Source: Candidatus Heimdallarchaeota archaeon
GTDB taxonomy: Archaea; Asgardarchaeota; Heimdallarchaeia; Hodarchaeales; Hodarchaeaceae
Direction: 5' to 3'
Assembly: GCA_011364965.1 (NCBI GenBank)
Contig: RDOB01000002.1
Location: 192,001 to 256,000, forward strand
DNA: 64,000 nucleotides
How positions within the stretch are numbered: position 1 is the stretch's first letter; each line of letters starts with the position of its first letter. Of this stretch, positions 1 to 8,702 are shown piece by piece. The position numbers and the translations under genes were made by a program. The notes beneath the pieces are model-generated. The model did not search any database. It was not told the DNA's origin and saw nothing but the letters and a program-made list of their open reading frames with translations.

Positions 1-629
1 TTGGTTTCAATTGCAGTAAGTTTTTGGTCCCTTGTGACTTTAGAAACTGCAGCTAAAACATCATAAGTGTTGAGCAACGACTCCTTTTCTACTTGAAGTT
101 GAGGAATCCTATAGTTTTTCTTGCTTAAAAGAACATCATCTTCTATAAAATCCTCGCTCTCAAGTGGAATCAAGTCCTCATCTACTTGGATAGGGAGTAA
201 ATCAATTTCTGGAAGTATATCATCCAAAGAGGAAGATTCTTCTTCCTCGATGATTTCAGTCTTGGCTTTTGAGGCTTTCCTTCTATCCATTGTATCTAAG
301 GCTATTCTGTAATGATGAGTAGCAGAAGTAAATCCAAAAGTTTTTCCTTTTTCAATAAGTGTTTCAGCAATTTCGATATTATCGCTCATTAAGTACCTAA
401 GTATTGCTTTGCCATAGCAATTAGCTGCTTTATCCTCCTCTCCTAATTCAAGGAAAAGATCTCCAGCTAGTGTTAGATGCTGTGCAGCTCTATCTCTTTC
501 CCCTATACTATCAAAACATCTCGCTGCCTCCTCAAAGATATCAGCAGCAATATTTATTGAATGTTTTGTAGCTTCTTTTCCTTCAGTAACCAGTTTAGTA
601 CAATCAGTGTCTTTTATTGACTTCACCAT
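1..629 (-). CDS. Partial CDS (runs off the window): TPR/alpha-SNAP-like helical repeat N-terminus followed by an acidic linker
   Basis: Not in the ORF track. Hand translation from ATG at 629: MVKSIKDTDCTKLVTEGKEATKHSINIAADIFEEAARCFDSIGERDRAAQHLTLAGDLFLELGEEDKAANCYGKAILRY..., open to position 1. Starts 5 nt after the stop of 635..1018. Confidence 0.75.
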   Translation of the reverse strand, partial: MVKSIKDTDCTKLVTEGKEATKHSINIAADIFEEAARCFDSIGERDRAAQHLTLAGDLFLELGEEDKAANCYGKAILRYLMSDNIEIAETLIEKGKTFGFTSATHHYRIALDTMDRRKASKAKTEIIEEEESSSLDDILPEIDLLPIQVDEDLIPLESEDFIEDDVLLSKKNYRIPQLQVEKESLLNTYDVLAAVSKVTRDQKLTAIET

Positions 630-634
630 CTATT

Positions 635-1018
635 TTATCGACTAACTCGATATCTTGATTGTATTGTCAAAACTTCAGAAACTCTTGGAACATAATCTTC
701 GAGCGGATCCCGGTTGTCATATGTGATCGATTGAAAACTTCTAGAAAATAATACCCATGCAACGCGCTTGGTATTACTTTTAACAAAACGTATTAAAGTG
801 CTCGATGCCTCTAATCCCCCTTCTCCAAAATAGATAGTGCAAATGTCAATTATTTTTTTTTCTAGTTCATCATTTTGTTCTTTTCCAAAGCGGTGAATTA
901 ATTCTAGTAAATCCGCTTCTCGAGGATTAATTTTTCTCTCTTTTAGTAGTTTAATGATAACAGCTCGATCCGTTAATATATTACTTGCCTCATCAAATGA
1001 GAGATTGATAAATGGCAT
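635..1018 (-). CDS. Hypothetical protein with weak resemblance to RNA polymerase Rpo4/Rpb4 (HRDC-like)
   Basis: 127-aa helical ORF, tightly coupled to the downstream gene; LSFDEASNIL...LELIHRFGK pattern. Confidence 0.55.
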   Translation of the reverse strand: MPFINLSFDEASNILTDRAVIIKLLKERKINPREADLLELIHRFGKEQNDELEKKIIDICTIYFGEGGLEASSTLIRFVKSNTKRVAWVLFSRSFQSITYDNRDPLEDYVPRVSEVLTIQSRYRVSR

Positions 1019-1388
1019 CTCGATCCACTATCTTAGATTTTTGGTACTATGGGGAATTTTTTTTTAATAGCTGCTTTATTCTAATGAACTATAATTCAGG
1101 TACCTTTTGCAATTAGATCAAGCTTCTATTCATGTAAAGGAATAATCTATTATCTTTTTTTTCTATTTATTTTTTGTAAATATTTACATAAAAACATAAC
1201 CTAATAATCTTACAAATACCTTGCTGGAATGTAAAAAAAGAGAGTAGAAAGAACGACAAAGAAAAATTCCTGTTTTTATTTTTATAATGTTATTTTAAAG
1301 GGTTATTCTTGTTTGTTTGGTTTTTTGAACCAAACTCGATAAAATTCTTTATTAAATAATACTTTTCATGATTAAATAGAGATCAATA

Positions 1389-2090
1389 ATGACTTCGATA
1401 CCAAAATGCCTTAGTCTTCTAAGAAATGAACTTGAAATCCGTCCTAGACTAGAACTAGATGTTCCCAAAGGTTTTTATCGTGCAGCAGTACTTGTTCCTT
1501 TCCTATGCAGGCAGAAACAGTGGATCCTAATCTTTACGAGAAGAACAGATCTCGTAAGTCAACACAAAAACGAGATATCTTTCCCAGGGGGGAAGTTTGA
1601 TGTAGAAGACAAGACCTTGACTCAAACAGCTTTACGCGAGGCAAATGAGGAAGTAGGGATATCTCAAGTTGATATTATTGGGAAATTAGATGATATTATT
1701 ACCATCAGTAAATATATTGTAACTCCAGTTGTGGGATGGATCAAAAACGCAAAAAATTATTATGAATTAATAAATAGACCAGAAATTAATTATATTATTG
1801 AAACTCCTTTGCTTGAGCTGAGTAAAAAAGAGAACTTTTCAATTAAGGAAGTACCATATCAAAATGGATATATTTTTCACGTTCCGTTCTTTGATTATCA
1901 AAATGAAATTATTTGGGGAGCAACAGGGCGAATTTTAGTTAGCCTTCTTAATCAGATTAATAAGCTACCTTTGAATTGTCGTAAAAAGATTTTAGGAGTG
2001 CAGAGATGGGAAGGAGCTGATAATGAGGAAGTAGCTTACCACTACGCACAGGTGAAATCTCTTATATCCCCAGAAAGAAGAGAGTCTTAA
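1389..2090 (+). CDS. Nudix hydrolase, CoA pyrophosphatase (NudL/PCD1) family
   Basis: AAVLVP, H-x-x-EISFPGGK, Nudix box ALREANEEVG, IIWGATG. Confidence 0.9.
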   Translation: MTSIPKCLSLLRNELEIRPRLELDVPKGFYRAAVLVPFLCRQKQWILIFTRRTDLVSQHKNEISFPGGKFDVEDKTLTQTALREANEEVGISQVDIIGKLDDIITISKYIVTPVVGWIKNAKNYYELINRPEINYIIETPLLELSKKENFSIKEVPYQNGYIFHVPFFDYQNEIIWGATGRILVSLLNQINKLPLNCRKKILGVQRWEGADNEEVAYHYAQVKSLISPERRES

Positions 2091-2110
2091 AGATTGAATC
2101 GATCAAGTAT

Positions 2111-3424
2111 TTATTTTAGCTCTTCATAAATAGATTTAACGTTATCAAAAGTCACTTTTAATTTTCTTTCCTGTAATAATTGAACAATATCATCAATCAA
2201 TTCCCCTTTAGCTCCGAGAGAGGCTGCAAGATTCCGTGCGTGTAGTTTCATATGTCCTGCCTGAATTCCCACTGAAGCTAGTGCCCTGAGTGCACCAAAA
2301 TTCTGTGCTAAACCTACAGCTGCCATTATTTCTGCAAGTTTTAATGCTCCTCCTGGGACTTTAAGACCCAAGATTTTAAATGTAATTTGTGCAATGGGAT
2401 GGATCCGCGCTACACCGCCCACTAGTCCAACAGCTAAAGGAATTTCAATCGTACCGACAAGATCTCCATCTTCATTTTTTTCCCATGTTGTTAATGAACG
2501 ATATTTTCCTTCATTTCGTGTCGCAGCATAAGTATGAACTCCTGCTTCAATTGCTCGCCAATCTTGTGCAGTAGCAACCGCAACTGCATCTATTCCGTTC
2601 ATAATTCCCTTGTTGTGAGTAGCACATCGATAAACATCAGCTTCTGCAAAAGCATATGCTTCTATGATCCCATTTATCAGTTCTTCACCCGTCATATCTT
2701 TAGTATCGAGCTCTTTAGCTTTAAATATAGCTCGTGCCCGAACTAAACGCTTATCTGCTAAGTTTGATATGATTCTTAAGCGAGATTTACCTTTTGTTAT
2801 TTCCTCTATTAAAGGAGCTACTGCTTCATTCATTGTGTTAACTGCATTCGCACCCATGGCGTCCCTCACGTCTACTAACAATTCTACGATAACCATGGAT
2901 CCAGTAAGGGTATCAGAAAGGACTTTGACATTCAAATCGCGACATCCCCCTCCGAATTTCACGAGTATTGGATCCTGCTGATTAGCGATTGTAATAAGAT
3001 CCGCTTTTCTTTCGAGGATAAGTGTTCTAGCGTTGAATGGATCTGAAATACCTACAATTTGAATCTGGCCAATCATTATTGGATCAGTTGTACTTGTGAA
3101 AAACCCTCCCGAGGCTCGGGCGACTTTGGCTGAATTAGAAGCTGCTGCAACAACAGAGGCTTCCTCTACTGCCATAGGAATCAGATAATCTTCCCCATTA
3201 ACCTTAAAATTTGTTGCGATCCCAAGTGGAACTTGCATCACAGCTATTGTGTTTTCAATATAATGTCCTTGCCCCGCATGGTCAAGGATTGCCGTTGAAT
3301 TCTGGAGACATTTTATTTCATCGTCTGTTAATTGTGGACAAAGCCTTTTAATTGTATTTTGACGTTCTTCAACCGTCATTTTATAGAATCCTGCAATACG
3401 AGAATTTCGGGGTTTTTCGCTCAT
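2111..3424 (-). CDS. mvaA: Hydroxymethylglutaryl-CoA reductase, class II
   Basis: ENTI...PLGIA, EEASVVAAAS, DAMGAN, THNKGIMNGID, GIQAGHMKLH. Confidence 0.95.
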   Translation of the reverse strand: MSEKPRNSRIAGFYKMTVEERQNTIKRLCPQLTDDEIKCLQNSTAILDHAGQGHYIENTIAVMQVPLGIATNFKVNGEDYLIPMAVEEASVVAAASNSAKVARASGGFFTSTTDPIMIGQIQIVGISDPFNARTLILERKADLITIANQQDPILVKFGGGCRDLNVKVLSDTLTGSMVIVELLVDVRDAMGANAVNTMNEAVAPLIEEITKGKSRLRIISNLADKRLVRARAIFKAKELDTKDMTGEELINGIIEAYAFAEADVYRCATHNKGIMNGIDAVAVATAQDWRAIEAGVHTYAATRNEGKYRSLTTWEKNEDGDLVGTIEIPLAVGLVGGVARIHPIAQITFKILGLKVPGGALKLAEIMAAVGLAQNFGALRALASVGIQAGHMKLHARNLAASLGAKGELIDDIVQLLQERKLKVTFDNVKSIYEELK

Positions 3425-3603
3425 ACTATCTCATCCAATAATTTTGTAAAAGGAAAATGAAAGAATAATTCACTTTTATAAAGGATTAACTCATTGAATT
3501 AAATTTCTTTTACTTTCAAGATCATGGAAAAAATCTATCCAGTAAAAACTCTTTAAAAAAAGGAGAAATTAAAAGAGGAATTATTCCAATTAATGGGATT
3601 TTT

Positions 3604-4476
3604 TTACTCCTTTGAAAGGTTCAAGCTAATAAATGTATTTTCGGGGCAGCTAAAGTAAATAGAATTACCTGCAGGAATCGGAATTTCAAGATCGTCAATC
3701 TCGATTACCGAGTTTGTACTTGGTTTCAAATAAATAGCAAAAAATGGTTGTTTTCCTTTACATGATGTCGTTTTAACAGATTTTGGTAAATAATAAAACG
3801 CGATTTTCCCCTCTGTTGTTGATGATGAAACATGTATCAATTTTACGATTAAATTCCCATCAGTTGCTGAAAAAATCTGTTGTCCCTTTTCTGGCTGAAT
3901 AGCTTCTTTTTGATCTTGATAATAATATAAAATCTCCGATCGTTTAACCTCAACTGGAGGCTTATTTGATTTTGATTTAGGTTCTGTTTCTGTATATATA
4001 TTTTTAGGTGAAGATGAGGGCATTGGAGTTACCTTGAGAGGTTCTGATTCTTTTATTGGTGAAAATTCTATCTTTGGCTTAGATGGAGGAATTGAACCTT
4101 CAAGAAATTCAAAAGAATTGATTGAATCCGAAATAGAGGTAGGAGATACGTCAATAGGCGCACTAGCTTTTACACCAGTAACTGAGATCACATCTAAGAA
4201 ATCTATAAAATCTGTTGTCTCATTTCCTTGATCCTCGGTTGAAATCCGATGAGTTAAACCTTTTTCAAGACGCATTTGACGAGCAATTTGGCTAGAAATG
4301 AACCTTTTCCTGACATTTGAATTGGCTCCAGTCCAAATGAAAATTCGTTTATCATCTTCGTTAACGAAAATTAGAACCTCTTCATCTTTTAAATCCTCTT
4401 GCGCTGAAGTAAACGAAACAGGAACGTATTCACCATCCATCGATGGCATATAAACATGAACTTGGGGATTACTCAT
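3604..4476 (-). CDS. Gelsolin-domain protein: one gelsolin repeat, Pro/Ser/Lys-rich linker, C-terminal beta-rich domain
   Basis: EVLIFVNEDDKRIFIWTGANSNVRKRF...TEDQGNETTDF is a gelsolin repeat signature. ATG at 4476 preferred over the TTG at 4506. Confidence 0.8.
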   Translation of the reverse strand: MSNPQVHVYMPSMDGEYVPVSFTSAQEDLKDEEVLIFVNEDDKRIFIWTGANSNVRKRFISSQIARQMRLEKGLTHRISTEDQGNETTDFIDFLDVISVTGVKASAPIDVSPTSISDSINSFEFLEGSIPPSKPKIEFSPIKESEPLKVTPMPSSSPKNIYTETEPKSKSNKPPVEVKRSEILYYYQDQKEAIQPEKGQQIFSATDGNLIVKLIHVSSSTTEGKIAFYYLPKSVKTTSCKGKQPFFAIYLKPSTNSVIEIDDLEIPIPAGNSIYFSCPENTFISLNLSKE

Positions 4477-4749
4477 ATATTTGCCTTCTAAACACAAGTT
4501 AGTCAATAAATTTCACTTCAATGAACTTTTCAGTCATTGTAAGATCCTAGATCATTCAAATTGTGAAAGATACTGACTTATTGCCTGATTTGAAAGAATA
4601 TAATTAACTAAATCACCCATGTCTATTAAATGTTACACAATAAACATTCCACAGTTAAAAGACATGAACTCAAAGGAAAATCACCATATTAATAGTGACA
4701 ATAATATTTATAATTCAGATGTAGAGGGGATTAATCAAGGAAAAAACTC

Positions 4750-4821
4750 GCGGAGGTACCAAAGTGGCTATGGAGCAGCCTGCAAAGCTGTCAAACGTGA
4801 GTTCAAATCTCACCCTCCGCT
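4750..4821 (+). tRNA. tRNA-Cys (anticodon GCA), intron-less, CCA not encoded
   Basis: Cloverleaf: acceptor GCGGAGG/CCTCCGC plus discriminator T; D arm CCA/TGG; anticodon arm GCAGC-CTGCAAA-GCTGT; T arm GTGAG-TTCAAAT-CTCAC. U73 is the Cys identity element. Confidence 0.95.
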
Positions 4822-5043
4822 TTGTTTAACATCTCTGTTTATTTTAATTATTTTCTGTCTTTTTGGAACAAATTTATACCTTAAATTCTGGTTCTGTGTT
4901 ATCCTAGAATGAATTAAAACTAGTCAACCTCTTATTGCTTATATCTTACAAACCATAAATCTAGGAAAATCGGAGAAAATTCTAAAAGTATTAGCTTTTA
5001 TATATTATTTTGAATTTTAACTGCTTTTCATCGAGGTAAATTC

Positions 5044-6843
5044 ATGTCTTCTTCATTATTTGACATTGTGGTTCTAGATACAAATTTTTTTATCTCTCTT
5101 CTTCATGCAGGAGTTTCAGAGAACATTCTACCGAATTTAAAAAAAATTGCGGGATCTATTGGTATGGAAATAATGGTACCAGCTGAACTTCCCAAATCAG
5201 ATATCCCAAGTAAATTTAGAGAATTAAGAACTCTCATTCCTAAACATATTAGACTCGAACCTGTTAATAGGGATTCTAATTTATGGAAACGTACCGCCAG
5301 CTATGCTATTAATGAAAGAATGGTTCGTGCTCAAGAGGATCCTGCAGATATCGATGTAGTTATTCTTGCAAAAAAATATACATTAATAGATAATAATAAA
5401 GTAGCTTTAGTTTCAGATGATGAGGGTGTTTCGCGAATTATTAAAGAAAATAAGGATTTTAAGGGCATAGAACACCTATCCTGTGGTTCATTTGTTTCAG
5501 TTCTTGCTGCAACTGTAACAGATCCAGAAATAAGACGTATACTTGATGAAGCTGTAGAGCGTGTATTTCGTGCGTCGTGGAGTTATAAGAAAAAAACTCG
5601 ACGATATATTGATGTTGCAATGCTGATCAATGATTTAACGGATACTGCACGATTTGTTAGATCTGCTGCGCAAGCTTCCGAAATATTAATATCTGAATCT
5701 AGTTCAAAAGAAGAAATATTAGCAACAAAAGAACCGGAGGTTATCACTCCTGTAGATGCCTTAATTGTTGCTCAGCAGCTGATGATGAAAGCACGAGATA
5801 CTCGTGAACGATTCAATATACTTGACGCGGAAAATGTTCTTGTTGAAATATTAACAAAGAGCTCTGATTTAATATATACTATAGATGATTTAGAACAACG
5901 AGTAATTGTAGAAAGAATGTTTCGATCTGAGCTTTTTGAACATCATAGCTGGTTACTTGATTATAAACTAGCTCGTAATCAGATTCTTGAAGCATTGGTT
6001 CACGCAGAAGCGTGTAGAGTCTATATGAATTTCATATCTGTTGGGAAAGAGGCAATAGAAAATCTAATTTCTCTTCAAGGGCTACTTTATTTATTACTCG
6101 GTCATCCAGTAGAAGCTCTGCGACTCTTCGAGACAGTCCCTTATATGGATACTGAAATTTCTCCCACACAGTTACTAGGAATTACAGTGTCTCTGATAGC
6201 TACAAATCAGCCCAATGAAGCAGTATTGTATTTAAAAAAGTATCCTGACCTCTTAGATGGGATGATCTCATCAATGCATACTTATGCGAATGATCTCTAT
6301 AGTCACGATCAAAAGGAGCTGGCAATTGAAATATTAAAAACAATCGTAAAGAATTTTTCAGATCGGGAAGATATATTAAGATCAATTAATCGATTATTCA
6401 TATTAACGCGATTACGGCCGGACTTAATTGAACTAGATCTAAAAATACAGAAGATTTTTAAGTCTAAATTAAAAAGTAAGGGAGTTGATAACAGCAAGCG
6501 GGGTATACCTAATAAATGGTTGCAAGCTTTGCCTATTGAAATAAATTCTGGTTCTGTAAATGAATTAGCTGATCAATTTAAAGGTTTTTATCATATTTTG
6601 GACTTAATTATGGAACCTGAAAAAGATGAGATACATTTAATAGCCTGGGATGAAAGTAACAATTCTACTTGGAAATTAATATTCGATTCAGCATATAAAC
6701 CTGCATTGGAAGAGAGTGTAAAGATAAAAATCACTTCTGCAACAATAAGCCAGTTAAAACAGGCTAAAAAGGGAGCTAATTACCGTGGGGAGATTGTTTT
6801 CGATTTTGCTGCAATCCAACCAGAGTTAGTAAAAGCTTGGTAG
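5044..6843 (+). CDS. PIN-domain nuclease fused to a TPR-like helical region and a C-terminal beta domain
   Basis: VVLDTNFF, EDPADIDVVILA and ALVSDDEG acidic PIN motifs; TPR-like LQGLLYLLLGHPVEALRLFE. Confidence 0.75.
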   Translation: MSSSLFDIVVLDTNFFISLLHAGVSENILPNLKKIAGSIGMEIMVPAELPKSDIPSKFRELRTLIPKHIRLEPVNRDSNLWKRTASYAINERMVRAQEDPADIDVVILAKKYTLIDNNKVALVSDDEGVSRIIKENKDFKGIEHLSCGSFVSVLAATVTDPEIRRILDEAVERVFRASWSYKKKTRRYIDVAMLINDLTDTARFVRSAAQASEILISESSSKEEILATKEPEVITPVDALIVAQQLMMKARDTRERFNILDAENVLVEILTKSSDLIYTIDDLEQRVIVERMFRSELFEHHSWLLDYKLARNQILEALVHAEACRVYMNFISVGKEAIENLISLQGLLYLLLGHPVEALRLFETVPYMDTEISPTQLLGITVSLIATNQPNEAVLYLKKYPDLLDGMISSMHTYANDLYSHDQKELAIEILKTIVKNFSDREDILRSINRLFILTRLRPDLIELDLKIQKIFKSKLKSKGVDNSKRGIPNKWLQALPIEINSGSVNELADQFKGFYHILDLIMEPEKDEIHLIAWDESNNSTWKLIFDSAYKPALEESVKIKITSATISQLKQAKKGANYRGEIVFDFAAIQPELVKAW

Positions 6844-6898
6844 TAGAAAGAATAAATCGCTTCCAAATCTGAAATAGTTAAACTTTCTTAATATGCTA

Positions 6899-7891
6899 TT
6901 AAAGCATTGAAAAATCAACATTCCACCAATTTTTTTTCATGAGATGAATTTCTGAAGCAAGAGGATCTTTATCGAAATATTCTCTCAGTTTCTCCGAAAT
7001 TGGTTGAATGAACCTAAAATTATCTAGTATTAAGATTGATATCCATTCCGGATTAATTATTTCAAAATACTTGTTCCAAACATGTAAATTCGGACTTTTG
7101 ATATTGGTCACTTCTCTGATATTGCGATGCGGTATCATTGGTTGCCATTTCTGTTTATAATCTAGGAGTCCTCGAAGACAAATTTTTGCGGGAGAGGCTG
7201 CAATAATTACATCTTTTGACCGATTGTGAAATAATTCAGCAACTGTGGCTGAGCCAATTTTGTTCAGTATGTTTCCATTTGGTTGGATCATATCAGCTCC
7301 GAGTATAGCGACTTCAGCGAATTCAGTAAATTCATGAACGCAAAAATCGATACCTAAATTGGTATTTTTGAATCCCGCATTAGCCAATGAATAAGCAGTT
7401 CTTTCCCCCTCTTTTAATGGTCTTGACTCCAAAATAAATATTTCCTTATCATTATATCCTTCACGAGCTAATTGTAGCAAGGCCTTAATGATTGTGGAAG
7501 AATGAGAAAAAGTTAATAATGAATTTTTTTCCCGTATTTCTTCAATCAGAGTATTTATTGTATTTTTTTCTCCAATTCTTAATTGCTCGCGCCTTGTAGC
7601 AAAGAGAAGCTCAATTTTCGAGTTTAAGGAGTCATTCTTGAGTTCTCCGTCTCTAATCAATTGAGTAATTTTAGCATAAATTGGTAATAGTGCGTTTTCA
7701 ATAGTAGCTATTGGGTGGGTGTCAAGTAAAAGCTGTATTCCTGTCTTTAAAGCGGATTGGTTTATGCTATCTCCTAATCTTAAGCATTCTTTCTTCAGGA
7801 TTGATAAACTAATTTCGGCTATCGCGGCTGCACCACTTTGAGTGTCATTATGAAGAGTTTCAACGTCTTTCAGGAATGCTTTTGATAACAA
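6899..7891 (-). CDS. eIF2B alpha/beta/delta (IF-2B) family protein, aIF2B-like
   Basis: HNDTQSGAAAIA, TFSHSSTI, ESRPLKEG, GADMI...NKIGS, WNKYFE. Confidence 0.88.
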   Translation of the reverse strand: MLSKAFLKDVETLHNDTQSGAAAIAEISLSILKKECLRLGDSINQSALKTGIQLLLDTHPIATIENALLPIYAKITQLIRDGELKNDSLNSKIELLFATRREQLRIGEKNTINTLIEEIREKNSLLTFSHSSTIIKALLQLAREGYNDKEIFILESRPLKEGERTAYSLANAGFKNTNLGIDFCVHEFTEFAEVAILGADMIQPNGNILNKIGSATVAELFHNRSKDVIIAASPAKICLRGLLDYKQKWQPMIPHRNIREVTNIKSPNLHVWNKYFEIINPEWISILILDNFRFIQPISEKLREYFDKDPLASEIHLMKKNWWNVDFSML

Positions 7892-7994
7892 AATAACCCC
7901 TACTCTTTTGATTCCATAAAATTCTGTCAGTACATTTTTTTTTCTATTTGCTTTTCGCAGTAGGAAATAGTTTCAATATTCGATTATAATATTA

Positions 7995-8699
7995 TTATTT
8001 CGATTTCTTATCAAGTCGAGTGTGTATAATGTTAAATTGTCTCGATAACTTTCCCAGCTTCCTAGCTTGGTCGATATTCAGATGAAAAGTATTTTCTTGA
8101 GTTTTTTCATTAGTTGCTTCAATATAAGCAAATTCAGCTTTATTTATTAATTCAACAAGGTTCTCATTCATACCAGTATCACCTGAGTATGCTAGAAATT
8201 TCTTGTCTCCTTCGAAGATAGCATATCCAAAGGTTAGTATTTCTGGAAGCGGTTCATGAGAAAGAATGGATCCTGCATGCTTCATTTTATACGCTTGAAC
8301 TGTTATTTTATTTTCTAAAAGAAATTTTTCTTTATTGTTTTCAATTGGAGTCAATTCTAAAGCGAATGGAATGCTGCAATTATAACTACAGTTGAAGGTC
8401 TCGATAATTCCCTCAACCTCAGTAGTTCCTTTTGGATAATAAATATCTATCTTTTTATTATAACCTAGCATTCTAAAGAATCCTAAAAGAGAGAAAAGCC
8501 CTCCACAATGGTCGAAGTGTCCATGTGAAATAAAAATATGAATGGGGATATCCAGAGGGATTTTAATCATCGGCAGCAAATCTCTTAAAGTTCCATCTCC
8601 AATATCTAATAAAATTAAAACCTCTGGTGATTCAATTAATATTTGCGTAGCGATACCTGCTGCAGAATATAATAATTGATGATACATAATTAATTCCAA
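7995..8699 (-). CDS. Metallo-beta-lactamase fold hydrolase, short RNase Z-like
   Basis: LLDIGDG, SHGHFDHCGG (HxHxDH), YSGDT, IEAT...H, IIH. Confidence 0.8.
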   Translation of the reverse strand: MELIMYHQLLYSAAGIATQILIESPEVLILLDIGDGTLRDLLPMIKIPLDIPIHIFISHGHFDHCGGLFSLLGFFRMLGYNKKIDIYYPKGTTEVEGIIETFNCSYNCSIPFALELTPIENNKEKFLLENKITVQAYKMKHAGSILSHEPLPEILTFGYAIFEGDKKFLAYSGDTGMNENLVELINKAEFAYIEATNEKTQENTFHLNIDQARKLGKLSRQFNIIHTRLDKKSK

Positions 8700-8702
8700 G
8701 TA

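Noticed and set aside
121-312. Ser-rich 63-aa plus-strand ORF
   Set aside because: Antisense shadow of the acidic linker of the real minus-strand gene 1..629
4619-4912. 97-aa ORF in the track
   Set aside because: It spans the tRNA-Cys gene and its AT-rich flanks; no protein features
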